Both the position numbers and the translations under genes were made by a program. This document shows positions 9,848-19,487 of a stretch of 53,428 nt of DNA, piece after piece. Position 1 is the stretch's first letter; each line of letters opens with the position of its first letter. The notes below the pieces were generated by a model. It was not told where the DNA came from. It worked only from the letters and a program-made list of their open reading frames with translations, and ran no database searches. Origin of the DNA: Thermoplasmatota archaeon (GTDB lineage: Archaea; Thermoplasmatota; Thermoplasmata; Thermoplasmatales; Thermoplasmataceae); the NCBI GenBank assembly GCA_023487765.1, contig JAMDBW010000052.1, positions 1 through 53,428 of the forward strand, written 5' to 3'.

Positions 9848-11855
9848 CGTAATAATAAACGCCACAGGAACGGACCTTGTAAAATTATGGTACATAAGGA
9901 ACAGGAAGCTCTCGTTCAGGCGATTCCAGAACAGATCATGGATATTTGTTTCCGGATCGGATTACGATCTGGATTTCCTTTCAGGACAGCTGGACTGTAC
10001 CGATTTGTATGACTACAGTGAACACACTGGAAAAAACGTATACGGGGAGGTAAAAGGACTCAAGATACACGCAAAGCCGTCAGGGATCAGTGATCTCATT
10101 CTTGCTGTGGAAAACATCGGCATGGGGAGGAAATTCAGCATCTACAACGCTGACGTGAACCCAATCCTGAGGTTTATGTCAGAACGCGATCTGGAGTTCT
10201 TTTCAATAGAATCCCCTTATCACCACGATCCGCCGGTGGATTCCGTTTATATTGGCGGGCGGGCACATCTTGGGTCCCCGTCAGAGATCATGATAGACGG
10301 CAGGGTTTACGGGGCAGTCAATTCCCTGTCCCTAAGTGATGTTGCCGACGCCATAATGGACAACGTGATCATAATATACGACAACAAAGACAGGTTCTTC
10401 GAAAAAATCCTCAGGATGATCACGTATCGGGGATACAGTATTCCGGCCATAAGGGGTATCACTGGATCCACGTACGAATCCTATGGCCAGATACACTACA
10501 ACAACCCGAGGATAGCTATTTCGGGCAGGATAGCCATAGAGTCCGGTTCATTTGCCTATTCGGAATGCGGCCTGCCCGGACTCGTGGAAATATCGCGGAT
10601 GTCATCCCTCCCGATAACCACTGCTTCAACCGTTACCACCGGAACAGCAGTGTCCTCAATGGAAGAGTCCCACGCCATAAAGAACGGCATACTGATTCCC
10701 CTGTACAAGGATGACCATGAGCAGGCGAAATGCTCGCTGACGCTAACGGAAACCGACAGGGGTGGAATGGTTCTCCAGCCGGAGCCGGGCATATACCGGG
10801 ATGTTTATGAAATAGATTTCTCCTCTATGTATCCGAGCATAATGGTAAATTATAACCTGTCTCCGGAAACAATAACCGGGAATGGCGATTTCGAGGTTCC
10901 GGGAACGCCATACCGTATCACAGGCAGGAAGCAGGGATTTCTTTCAGATGCACTCAGGCACCTGCTTGAAAAGAGGCTGTTCTACAAATCCATAAAACAC
11001 ATGGACACTGTGTACGGAAACAGGGATGCAGCCTTGAAATGGATGCTTCTCACCTCTTTCGGATATACTGGATATAAAAATGCAAAATTCGGGAAAATAG
11101 AGGTTCATGAAGCTATAACGTCTCTGGGAAGGTGGGCACTCGCAACGGCCATAAATATAGCCAGGGATCATGGGTTTGAAGTAATCCATGGAATAGTGGA
11201 TTCCCTCTGGATCAGGGGAACAGGCAGCATAGACAGGGTACTGGAGGACATTGAACGCAAAACAAGGATTGGAATAGTTGTGGACGGGCACTACAGGTGG
11301 ATTGCATTCATGCCGGCAAGATCCGGGCTCGGCGCCCTCAACAGGTACGTGGGACTCAGGGATGACGGAACATTCAAGGTCAGGGGAATAGAGCTGCGCA
11401 GGCGTGACGTTCCCGGAATATGCATAAAATTCCAGGCGGAGGCGCTGGACATTCTCAGGAAATGCAACACTACTGCAGAAATATGGGCCAGAAGGAAGGA
11501 AATAAAGGATCTTGAAAACCTGTACATGAAGTCCCTCCGGAAAATGCCGAGGGAGAATTTCAGGATGGGAGTGCACGTAACAAGGAGGCTTGAAGAATAC
11601 AGGGTCAACAACCTGCAGAAAAAGCTTCTTGAGGTATCCGGCAGGGCAGGATATGAAATAAATGCGGGAGACACCGTGGATGCCGTGGTAGTCAGCAGGA
11701 AGGGAGGTATTGTCGATCCGGGCGATCAGTACGATGAGGTTGACCTGGAATTTTACAGGAAGTTCCTTCTCAGGGCGTTCGAACCGATAGACTTCATAGT
11801 TTCTTCATGCGGTACGGGAACAGAATCCATCACTCTCCGTGCATTCTACTCATGA
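9840..11855 (+). CDS. Family-B DNA polymerase, PolB2-like (short, degenerate motif C)
   Basis: 671-aa ORF. Motif A is 'EIDFSSMYPSIMVNYNLSPET' and motif B is 'KWMLLTSFGYTGY'. 'EVIHGIVDSLWI' stands in place of the canonical YxDTDS motif C. 'VRGIELRRRD' is the KxY-region equivalent. I could not recognise any Exo I/II/III motifs by eye. Confidence 0.8.
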   Translation: MDDVIINATGTDLVKLWYIRNRKLSFRRFQNRSWIFVSGSDYDLDFLSGQLDCTDLYDYSEHTGKNVYGEVKGLKIHAKPSGISDLILAVENIGMGRKFSIYNADVNPILRFMSERDLEFFSIESPYHHDPPVDSVYIGGRAHLGSPSEIMIDGRVYGAVNSLSLSDVADAIMDNVIIIYDNKDRFFEKILRMITYRGYSIPAIRGITGSTYESYGQIHYNNPRIAISGRIAIESGSFAYSECGLPGLVEISRMSSLPITTASTVTTGTAVSSMEESHAIKNGILIPLYKDDHEQAKCSLTLTETDRGGMVLQPEPGIYRDVYEIDFSSMYPSIMVNYNLSPETITGNGDFEVPGTPYRITGRKQGFLSDALRHLLEKRLFYKSIKHMDTVYGNRDAALKWMLLTSFGYTGYKNAKFGKIEVHEAITSLGRWALATAINIARDHGFEVIHGIVDSLWIRGTGSIDRVLEDIERKTRIGIVVDGHYRWIAFMPARSGLGALNRYVGLRDDGTFKVRGIELRRRDVPGICIKFQAEALDILRKCNTTAEIWARRKEIKDLENLYMKSLRKMPRENFRMGVHVTRRLEEYRVNNLQKKLLEVSGRAGYEINAGDTVDAVVVSRKGGIVDPGDQYDEVDLEFYRKFLLRAFEPIDFIVSSCGTGTESITLRAFYS

Positions 11856-12951
11856 AACTGGTGATTTTTTCCTCCAGGATAGATACCGGTACGTCGTTTA
11901 TGCCAATCATCTTTGAAACGCCTTTCTTGTCGCCTCTTCCCACGATCTTCCCCTCCACTATTCCAAGAGTTTCAAGCCTCTTTACGGTCCTGTAGACCTT
12001 TGAACTTTCGCCGGCATCAACGCCGTACTGTTCGTCCACCACTCTTATTTCCTTTAGAACGCAGGTCATATCGGTGCTGGCTTCAGACTTGAGGCATCTG
12101 CATATTGCCAGTAATACGGCCAGTTCATCAGAATCAAGCTCTCCGAGTTTGCTCTCTGTAACGTATGGATTTATCATTGACTTTGCAGTGCGTACATCTT
12201 CGCTCCCCATGCGATCTCCGTTCCTGTACTGGCATGCGTATGCCGATTTCTGGAGGAGCTCTATTGCGACCCTCGCGCTTCCGAAAGGCTGGGCGATTTC
12301 CCCGATGTATCCCAGAATCTCCTGATCATATGATCCGTATTCAAGCGAAATCCTGGCTCTTTCTTCTATTATCCTGGTAAGTTCCTCTCCGGAATATCTG
12401 TTGAACAGGATTGTTGAGAAAACCCCGAGAGATTTTCTGTCCCTCTCGTTCATGTATACTGATGGATCCTCCATGGAGACCATTATGCTGGATATCGGGG
12501 TCCCATAGATTTCACTGGCTCTCAGGAGGTTGTATACACCGTCCCTGTCAAATTTTATTATATTCGTGGCTTCATCCATGATAAGTACGATGTTCCTGTC
12601 CTTCTCCTGGCTGATGCGCTTCATGGCCCTGAAAATGTCCGGATATGCGAGATTTTTTGTTCCGGTTATTCTCCCCAGCCTCGAGAGGGCATCGGCAAGC
12701 AGCAGCCTCATGCTTCCGAAGGAGAGGGCGTTTTCATACACCATGAGGAACCTCTTCTCTTCCCTGATAAGATACCGCATGGTGGAGGTTTTCCCGGTTC
12801 CGGAGTCGCCGAACGCCACAAGGTTGGAGCATATCCCGGCCTTCAGGGGCTCGAGCATGAGCTTTCTTACCGTGTCGATCTGGTTCTCTCTGAACCTGAG
12901 ATTCTGCGGAACATATGAAAAATCAAGCGGATCAGGGTTCTTTATTATCAA
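11830..12951 (-). CDS. cdc6: Orc1/Cdc6 replication initiator
   Basis: 373-aa ORF with AAA+ Walker A 'GDSGTGKTS' and Walker B 'IVLIMDEA'. The C-terminal winged-helix region is '..VYRTVKRLETLGIVEGKI'. The 3' end overlaps the convergent polymerase gene by 26 nt. Confidence 0.9.
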   Translation of the reverse strand: MIIKNPDPLDFSYVPQNLRFRENQIDTVRKLMLEPLKAGICSNLVAFGDSGTGKTSTMRYLIREEKRFLMVYENALSFGSMRLLLADALSRLGRITGTKNLAYPDIFRAMKRISQEKDRNIVLIMDEATNIIKFDRDGVYNLLRASEIYGTPISSIMVSMEDPSVYMNERDRKSLGVFSTILFNRYSGEELTRIIEERARISLEYGSYDQEILGYIGEIAQPFGSARVAIELLQKSAYACQYRNGDRMGSEDVRTAKSMINPYVTESKLGELDSDELAVLLAICRCLKSEASTDMTCVLKEIRVVDEQYGVDAGESSKVYRTVKRLETLGIVEGKIVGRGDKKGVSKMIGINDVPVSILEEKITSFMSRMHGE

Positions 12952-12989
12952 CAGAAAGAGATAACTGTGAAATGGTTATTATATTTGGG

Positions 12990-14669
12990 TCAGGCATTGC
13001 TGATGGATGCAAGGGTCGAAAATTCGGCATTTCGTTCGATACCCCATCTCTTCACTTTCTCTATGTCAACGCCATTCTTCCTGGCTACAGATTCTATATA
13101 TTTCAGCATCATGAATCCTCCGCCGGAAATTATTGATCCGGTGCCAAGCCTTGTCACGAAGTTTCCGCGGGAATCCCTGTAGCCATCTCTTGCAGCCATC
13201 TTCGCCAGGTGCCTGTATGAAGCGTAATAGACTGCGAGCTGGTTTTCCGTAAGCATATTCCTGTTCAGGCTCCGAGACTTTATCCTTCCAAGAGGAACGT
13301 TTACGAGAGGAGTGACTGTGAATTCGAATGGTCTTCCGCCTGCATAGGAGTTGCTGAGCCTGTTAATCATGGCTATGGTGTCCCATTCGTCCTCTGCAGT
13401 TTCACCCTCCTGGCCAACCTGAACAGTGAACGCCGGTCTCCAGTAGTTCATGGTCTCAACGTGGACACCCTGCCATACTATTTCCTGCCAGCTTCCGTCC
13501 GGGCCAATCCTGAGCGGCATGGTCTTGTTCGGCATGTGTTTCAGGGCCAGATTATCACTCCCGGTTTCCACACCTGTCTGGACGCCAATCCAGTTCGACG
13601 GACCGGCCCTGAGGATTCCGGATAGCTTCTCCATCATTTCCGGGTATGCGGCGGGTATTGAAATCCTGCCGTGCGTCGGATTGGCAGTTTCCACCCCCCT
13701 GATTGCGGTAACAGATCTGAACAGTTCCTCAAGTGCTTCCTCATTGGGGATGAACCTGTTCCCATGTTTGTAGCCGAATATCTCGTCAGAATGCAGCCAG
13801 GCATTGGTCAGGCCTGCGTTGGCATTTGTCCGGACCTCGCTGGTTATTCTGTCAAGGGAGTTATATCTCAAAGGTCTCAGCGTCACCTCACAGAAATCGC
13901 AGCCCACTCCACAGCCCCGCATAACCTCAACCATGCCCTTGTTGGCAGGTCCGGCTATTTCCGGTATGTCCTCAATTCTCGGATACGAGGGCCCGGCAAT
14001 GCCCCTTGTTATGAACAGGTCATCATTTTTCTGTATTCGCCTGAAGCTGCCGTCATAGGTAACGTATCCCCTCCGGAATACCGTGCCGTCTATGCTGCCC
14101 TCACTGATCTGTTCAAACAGCAAGTCGGCAATGTCATCAATTTCCCCCTGGACAATGTAATCAAAATTGTATTTCTCTATCTCATCTCTCAAGACAGTGA
14201 ATTCCCAGACTCCCGGACCGCCGACGACGAGTTTCGCTTTCTTTCCCGATCTGATGACATTGATCTTCCCGATAAGTGAATCCCACTCTTTCCTTACCCA
14301 TGCCATCATTTCTCCGCCGAAGAGTGCGTGATATGACATCGTGGTCGGGCCTATGCCAAGCGGATCCATGGTTGTAACTCCTATTATCTCTGTATCGTCG
14401 GTTATGAAGCGATCAAGGTAATCCTCGTGAGCCACGACGACTTCATTTCTTTGAAATTTTCTGAGCAGTGACGCTTCAAGCTTCCTCAGCCCGTAGGGGG
14501 CAAAGACGGCCTCGCCACCGGGATGTGAAGGCGGAAGAGAACCTCTGAGAAACCTGTATATCGGCGCCGGTATCGCTTTGCCGGGGGCACTCGGAAGAAA
14601 ATCCAGCAAAGGAAAATTCCGGTATTCATAGCTCAGGGTTGAATCGGAAACCAAAACAAATCGTGTCAC
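12990..14669 (-). CDS. Radical SAM protein with N-terminal B12-binding-like domain
   Basis: 559-aa ORF with a CxxxCxxC cluster in 'VEVMRGCGVGCDFCEV'. The N-terminal Rossmann-like region is typical of COG1032-type radical SAM enzymes. Confidence 0.8.
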   Translation of the reverse strand: MTRFVLVSDSTLSYEYRNFPLLDFLPSAPGKAIPAPIYRFLRGSLPPSHPGGEAVFAPYGLRKLEASLLRKFQRNEVVVAHEDYLDRFITDDTEIIGVTTMDPLGIGPTTMSYHALFGGEMMAWVRKEWDSLIGKINVIRSGKKAKLVVGGPGVWEFTVLRDEIEKYNFDYIVQGEIDDIADLLFEQISEGSIDGTVFRRGYVTYDGSFRRIQKNDDLFITRGIAGPSYPRIEDIPEIAGPANKGMVEVMRGCGVGCDFCEVTLRPLRYNSLDRITSEVRTNANAGLTNAWLHSDEIFGYKHGNRFIPNEEALEELFRSVTAIRGVETANPTHGRISIPAAYPEMMEKLSGILRAGPSNWIGVQTGVETGSDNLALKHMPNKTMPLRIGPDGSWQEIVWQGVHVETMNYWRPAFTVQVGQEGETAEDEWDTIAMINRLSNSYAGGRPFEFTVTPLVNVPLGRIKSRSLNRNMLTENQLAVYYASYRHLAKMAARDGYRDSRGNFVTRLGTGSIISGGGFMMLKYIESVARKNGVDIEKVKRWGIERNAEFSTLASISNA

Positions 14670-14877
14670 ATTTACCAGTCTCCATTAACCGATTTATTCT
14701 GAATTTGAATAAATATTTTACTGATTTCCGGACTGAAACAATGGATAGTTCAGTTGGCAAACTGTTTTCATGGTTTAGTTCCTTAATCCTGCAAATTAAG
14801 GCAAAATTCGCATAATCCGGAACGCACCGGTTTCCTGCCTGCGAAACTTTATTATAAAAAGATAAGTAGGGATTGAA

Positions 14878-15462
14878 ATGCTGCAGGCATCGTTTCTCAC
14901 ACTATTCTGGCCACTCGCGTCCAACGTTACATCAGGAAGCACACCCGGCACCGCTTCACAACTGGCAGGCACCAGTTTTTTTCTCGTACTGGTTGCCCTG
15001 GTGATTGCAAGAAGGGTGCTTGGCGGCGTTCGTGGCAGAATCTACAGCGAAAGGCGCGTTCTGATGATTCCCGTTATCTACATTCTTCTGACTGTTCTTT
15101 CCGTCGCTGCTCTAGGATACATTCACGAAATCATCCTTGGTACACTGGCTCTGCTTCCTGCCGGAGTTTTGTTCGGTTCAAAATTCGGGACAAAGGTTGA
15201 ATTTTTCTGGAAGAACGGGATGATATATTACAGGAGATCGCCAGTTGTCCTCATTCTGTGGCTGGGTTCGTTCATTGTCAGGGTTCTGCTTGAAACGATA
15301 TATCCCGGGAATCTGCAAGTCGAAATCGTTATTGATGCGGTTCTTTCCTTAACTGCCGGGCTTCTGCTGGGTGAGGCGATGAACATTCTTGGAAAGAGGA
15401 AGAAATTTAACGAGAATGCCCCTGATCAGAGCCAGCCGGAACCATTCATCATAAACCAGTGA
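14878..15462 (+). CDS. Integral membrane protein (about 4 TM), function unknown
   Basis: 194-aa ORF with several hydrophobic helices. It follows a 208-nt AT-rich intergenic region. Confidence 0.5.
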   Translation: MLQASFLTLFWPLASNVTSGSTPGTASQLAGTSFFLVLVALVIARRVLGGVRGRIYSERRVLMIPVIYILLTVLSVAALGYIHEIILGTLALLPAGVLFGSKFGTKVEFFWKNGMIYYRRSPVVLILWLGSFIVRVLLETIYPGNLQVEIVIDAVLSLTAGLLLGEAMNILGKRKKFNENAPDQSQPEPFIINQ

Positions 15463-15499
15463 TCAGGGGGAACCACTCCTCCTTTTCTGTTCTTTCTTT

Positions 15500-16135
15500 T
15501 CAGCATTTGAATCCCGGTACAATGAATTTCTCTATCTCGCTTCTCAGTCTCCTGCACGCGCTGAAAGGATCAGCAGACGAGAAAATGCTTGAGATGACTG
15601 CAACGCCGCTGATGCCGTACTGCATAATCTGCCCGACGTTGTCCTCATTTATGCCGCCAATGGCAAATATCGGGATATTCAGGATTTTCTTTGCCTCCTC
15701 AAGAACCGGGAGGTCACACAGCTCTGCACCCTCCTTCGACGTTGTCGGGAAGAACGATCCGAAAGCAACGTATGAAGCGCCGTCTTTCTGACCCTGCAGG
15801 GCCCGCTGTATGTCGCCATAGGTGGAATACCCTATTATCACGTCTCCGAGAATTTCCCTGACTTCGGCTATGGAAGGGTCATCCCTGCCGACATGGACGC
15901 CATCTGCATAGCATTCGCCAGCCAGGGCCGGATCATCGTCTATTATAAGGGGAACGTCATAATCCACAGTGATGCGCCTGATTCTCCTGGAAACCTCAAG
16001 CTTCACGCTGTATGGATTGATCTTGTCTCTGTACTGGAGCAAGTCTATGCCGGCATCAAGCGCCAGCTGAAGTTTCTGGAAGAATCCCTCGCCGTAATAG
16101 TCCGGTGTCAGCAGGTAAAGTCCCTGAAGCCTCAT
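15500..16135 (-). CDS. thiE: Thiamine-phosphate synthase
   Basis: 211-aa ORF with 'LLQYRDK', 'ADGVHVGRDD' and 'IFAIGGIN' motifs of ThiE. It is the last gene of the thi operon. Confidence 0.85.
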   Translation of the reverse strand: MRLQGLYLLTPDYYGEGFFQKLQLALDAGIDLLQYRDKINPYSVKLEVSRRIRRITVDYDVPLIIDDDPALAGECYADGVHVGRDDPSIAEVREILGDVIIGYSTYGDIQRALQGQKDGASYVAFGSFFPTTSKEGAELCDLPVLEEAKKILNIPIFAIGGINEDNVGQIMQYGISGVAVISSIFSSADPFSACRRLRSEIEKFIVPGFKC

Positions 16136-17205
16136 TTTAGTCTCCTGGAAACTCCATAATTTATTGCTTTCCAGTAATCATCATGCCCCGGGGGATCAAT
16201 ATTTTTCAGCATGCCGGAATCCTCTATTTTCCTGCCAAAGCTCCCCTCTTTCATGTATCCTGCAATTACGCTTTCTATCCCCTTCGCGTTCAGCCTTTTT
16301 ACGAAAGCCTCCGCCTTATCGGGTACAGCAGTTATCAGGAGAGTGCCTTCACTTATTGATCTGTATGGATTCATCCCGAACAGTTCTGATATCCTGGAGA
16401 CTTCCGGTGACAGGGGCAGTTTGTCCTTCTCAATGAGGATCCCGTTTCCCGAGGCATCCGCTATCTCGTAGAGAGCACCAAGGACGCCCCCCTCCGTGGC
16501 ATCATGCATGGAAGTTATGCCTCTGCTTCTCAGTCCGAATTTGGCAGCTTCCATAGACTCATCTACTGTAGTCATCCTGTAGAACATGGAATCCAGTTTC
16601 CTGAAATCGCCGGTACCGAGTTCTTTTTCAACGTACTGCGGGAACATTGCGGTAAGCATGGCTGCTGCCTCTATCGCCACAGTTTTGGTTATTATGACGG
16701 CATCACCGGGTCTCGACATTGCGGAAGTTATGTATTCATCCTCGCTCCCTGTTCCCATCATCGTGGCACCGCCGACCATCGGGTAGTCCGTTCCGTCATA
16801 CCTGGCAGTATGTCCTGTGACAACCGCAACTCCGTATTTCCTGCATTCCTCGTGCACTGTGTCCCACATTTCGCTTATCTCCCCGTCCTTTATGGAAACG
16901 GGCAGGTTCAGGTCTACGCTCAGGTACTCCGGTGGAAGGCCGGATGTGCAAAGATCGGAAGCTATGATATGAAATGCGAACCATGCGGCTTTATGCCATC
17001 CCAGAGACGGATGTATCGCGAACGGGTCTGTAGTCACGGCCATTACTCTTCCCGGAGCAATTCTTATCACTCCTGTGTCCACGCCGCTTTTTGGCGGCAC
17101 GATAACCTCACTTCTCTTTGCTCCGGTTTTCGGGAGTATGTATTTCTCGAAGTAAACCTTGGTTATTTTTCCAGCTTCATTTGCCATTTTTATTCCTCCA
17201 CCCAT
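16132..17205 (-). CDS. AIR synthase-related protein (PurM/ThiL/HypE superfamily)
   Basis: 357-aa ORF. Its N-terminal 'DTGV..'/'TTDPF' and 'ASDL' segments and its C-terminal domain are typical of the PurM-like fold. It overlaps thiE by 4 nt and thiD by 29 nt. Confidence 0.7.
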   Translation of the reverse strand: MGGGIKMANEAGKITKVYFEKYILPKTGAKRSEVIVPPKSGVDTGVIRIAPGRVMAVTTDPFAIHPSLGWHKAAWFAFHIIASDLCTSGLPPEYLSVDLNLPVSIKDGEISEMWDTVHEECRKYGVAVVTGHTARYDGTDYPMVGGATMMGTGSEDEYITSAMSRPGDAVIITKTVAIEAAAMLTAMFPQYVEKELGTGDFRKLDSMFYRMTTVDESMEAAKFGLRSRGITSMHDATEGGVLGALYEIADASGNGILIEKDKLPLSPEVSRISELFGMNPYRSISEGTLLITAVPDKAEAFVKRLNAKGIESVIAGYMKEGSFGRKIEDSGMLKNIDPPGHDDYWKAINYGVSRRLK

Positions 17206-17983
17206 GATTCAGGGAACCGAATCCCTTTCCCATGATCAGTGAGTTAATGATCGCGCCCTGGAGATATTCTCTCGCCATGGTGACGGAGGACACGAGATCA
17301 TTGCCCAGTGCGAGGAAGGAGGCAATGGCGGAAGAGTAAGTATCTCCGGTCCCGTGGGTGTTCTTTGTATCTATCCTCAGTTCCACGAATTCTCTGAAAC
17401 CGGAACCGTCGTAGAGGACATCTTCCACGTATTTCCCTGTGGAGTGTCCTCCCTTGATCAGGACCCTGCAGCCCGTATCCGCAAATATTTTCTCAGCAGC
17501 CTTTCTTGCATGGTCTCCTCGCGATATGCTTAAACCGGAAAGTATCTCGGCTTCAGGTACGTTCGGCGTGACGAGATCGGCTATCCCCAGCAGTCCCGAT
17601 TTAAGCGTCTCCACTGCGTTTCCATTCAGGAGTCTTGCACCGGTCTTGGACACCATTACGGGGTCTACGATCACGTTTTTCACGGAGTATTCAGTGAATT
17701 TTGAACGCACAGCATCTATGATCTCACCGGAATAGAGCATGCCGGTCTTGGCAGCATCAGCCCCTATGTCTGAAAGAACGGCATCCATCTGCTTTCCCAC
17801 GAAATCAGGATCCATAGGAAAAATTCCGGATACCTCAACGGAATTCTGGGCGGTCACTGCGGTGACGGCGGATGTTCCAAATACGCCCAGCGCAGTCATG
17901 GTTTTCAGGTCAGCCTGTAATCCGGCTCCTCCGCCGGAATCTGAACCGGCCACCGTAAGTACTACCGGAAGCCCTCTTTTCAT
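17177..17983 (-). CDS. thiD: Hydroxymethylpyrimidine/phosphomethylpyrimidine kinase
   Basis: 268-aa ORF. '[21 protein letters not shown]' and 'KGGH' are canonical ThiD (ribokinase-fold) motifs. Confidence 0.85.
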   Translation of the reverse strand: MKRGLPVVLTVAGSDSGGGAGLQADLKTMTALGVFGTSAVTAVTAQNSVEVSGIFPMDPDFVGKQMDAVLSDIGADAAKTGMLYSGEIIDAVRSKFTEYSVKNVIVDPVMVSKTGARLLNGNAVETLKSGLLGIADLVTPNVPEAEILSGLSISRGDHARKAAEKIFADTGCRVLIKGGHSTGKYVEDVLYDGSGFREFVELRIDTKNTHGTGDTYSSAIASFLALGNDLVSSVTMAREYLQGAIINSLIMGKGFGSLNHGWRNKNGK

Positions 17984-19218
17984 GCCAGGCTTACCCTCCC
18001 GGTTTCATTTCCCCTGATGAACCACACCACGGATCCGATGAATCCTATTGACCACATCATGGTTGCAAATATCATGTAATTCAGGGTTGAAAAGTTTACC
18101 AGCAGAAAGAGAGAAGCGATGTATATGCCATAAGCTATACCCCTGACGGAAGCGATGCCTCTCCCGCGCCATCCGGTGTCGAAAAGTTCGGGCTGCAGAA
18201 GTTCACGGGAAGCCCAGCCCAGTTCACTGAAGAACGAATTGACAAGTACCAGCACAACAAACAGCATCAGGGAGGATGAGAAGAACAGGTAGGGTATGAA
18301 CAGCGTCATTGACAGGAATCCTCCTGTGTATGCAAAAAGTGCAAGGAGTTTCCTGGGTACCCTGTCAATGAAGAAAATTGCGAGAATACCGGTCGCTGAC
18401 GTCCCCAGGCCTGACGAAAATGCTATCAGGCTTACGTACATGGGGAATTTGTACGGTCCCATAACAAAAGTCACCAGCGCGAAAGTGAGGACTATTGTGA
18501 TGGCGAATGACAGCAGGACGAGGAATTTCAGTATCCCCCTTGAATTGATTTCCGGTTTCGCTGCGACGGACCGGGAAACATACCTCCATCTTATGCTCTC
18601 CGGGATCCTCACTCTGGCGTAAACGGCTATAATAAGCCCGGCAACCGCCATTATCCCGAAAAGAAGCTTCTGGAGGTAAATATTGGCAGGAGTCAGGAGA
18701 AATACTCCTGAAAGGACTGCCACACCGATATTTGCAGAGTTTGACGCAAGGATCAGGACTTTGCCGCGATACCTTGCAGGGAACAGTTCTGCCATGAATG
18801 CCAGTGAGACGGTTTCTTCACCGCCGAATCCCATTTCCGCCAGAATAATTGATATGATGATCTCAAGAACGTTAGCGGAGAGGATTATGCCGGAGATTCC
18901 AACGGCCCCCATCACCATGGTTGTCATGAAGATCTTCTTCCTGCCAAACCTGTCTGCAAGGAATCCCATGAGTATGTTGCCAATCAGGAGGCCAGCCGGA
19001 GATGCGAGAAGGATGTAAGTTGTGTAATCCCGGGGAACTACGGGCCATTCAGTTACCAGTGGGGCAACAACCAGTAACATGCCCCAGACAAAGAAGCTCG
19101 TGACCATTGTCATCAGCATAAGTGAATGGGTTCTGGTCCACGTCATTCCATCAAGGGTTTTCCTGAGATCGCCGTAATTGTTGAACATGGACGGGTCGAC
19201 GGAATTAAGATCGCTCAT
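17980..19218 (-). CDS. MFS transporter (candidate thiamine/HMP-precursor transporter)
   Basis: About 12 TM helices and the MFS signature '[11 protein letters not shown]'. The ORF track starts at a TTG (19257). I prefer the ATG at 19218 ('MSDLNS..'), which has GGAGG 10 nt upstream. It is the first gene behind the TPP riboswitch. Confidence 0.75.
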   Translation of the reverse strand: MSDLNSVDPSMFNNYGDLRKTLDGMTWTRTHSLMLMTMVTSFFVWGMLLVVAPLVTEWPVVPRDYTTYILLASPAGLLIGNILMGFLADRFGRKKIFMTTMVMGAVGISGIILSANVLEIIISIILAEMGFGGEETVSLAFMAELFPARYRGKVLILASNSANIGVAVLSGVFLLTPANIYLQKLLFGIMAVAGLIIAVYARVRIPESIRWRYVSRSVAAKPEINSRGILKFLVLLSFAITIVLTFALVTFVMGPYKFPMYVSLIAFSSGLGTSATGILAIFFIDRVPRKLLALFAYTGGFLSMTLFIPYLFFSSSLMLFVVLVLVNSFFSELGWASRELLQPELFDTGWRGRGIASVRGIAYGIYIASLFLLVNFSTLNYMIFATMMWSIGFIGSVVWFIRGNETGRVSLA

Positions 19219-19319
19219 CACCGCACAGCCTCCCGACAGAACAACCCGGAAGAGCAAACATTTCCATTGCTTACATGACAGCTATATGAAGCCGGTTCAA
19301 GTCCTAAATCTACGATATA

Positions 19320-19410
19320 CACTAACATCCCTCCGCCAGCATTACCTGGATCAGGTTCTAAGGGTCGACCGCAAGGTCCTCTCAGCTTCATCAGAAGCTC
19401 CCCTAGTGCC
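19320..19410 (-). promoter_or_regulatory. TPP (THI-box) riboswitch
   Basis: The minus strand reads GCACUAGGGGAGCUUCUGAUGAAGCUGAGAGGACCUUGCGGUCGACCCUUAGAACCUGAUCCAGGUAAUGCUGGCGGAGGGAUGUUAGUG. It contains the conserved GGGG.GC, CUGAGA and ACCCUU.GAACCUGAUC.GG.UAAUGC..GCG.AGGGA blocks. A closing P1 helix forms (CACUA/UAGUG). The element lies about 100 nt upstream of the MFS-thiD-thiE operon. Confidence 0.85.
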
Positions 19411-19487
19411 CGTTCATTTAAATTCAATACTTAAGGATTATTGAAACGAAACCTTTTAAGTCCAGAGAGTTCTAAGGGCACCCGGAG

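Noticed and set aside
12952-12989. A replication origin (ORB repeats) expected next to orc1/cdc6.
   Set aside because: Only 38 bp separate cdc6 from the upstream radical-SAM gene, and the 3' end overlaps the polymerase gene. There is no room for an origin. I saw no ORB-like repeats in the nearest larger spacer (14670-14877) either, beyond a 7-nt inverted repeat (CCTTAAT...ATTAAGG).
19218-19427. A 69-aa minus-strand ORF upstream of the MFS gene.
   Set aside because: It is fully occupied by the TPP riboswitch sequence. The RNA-element explanation is much stronger.
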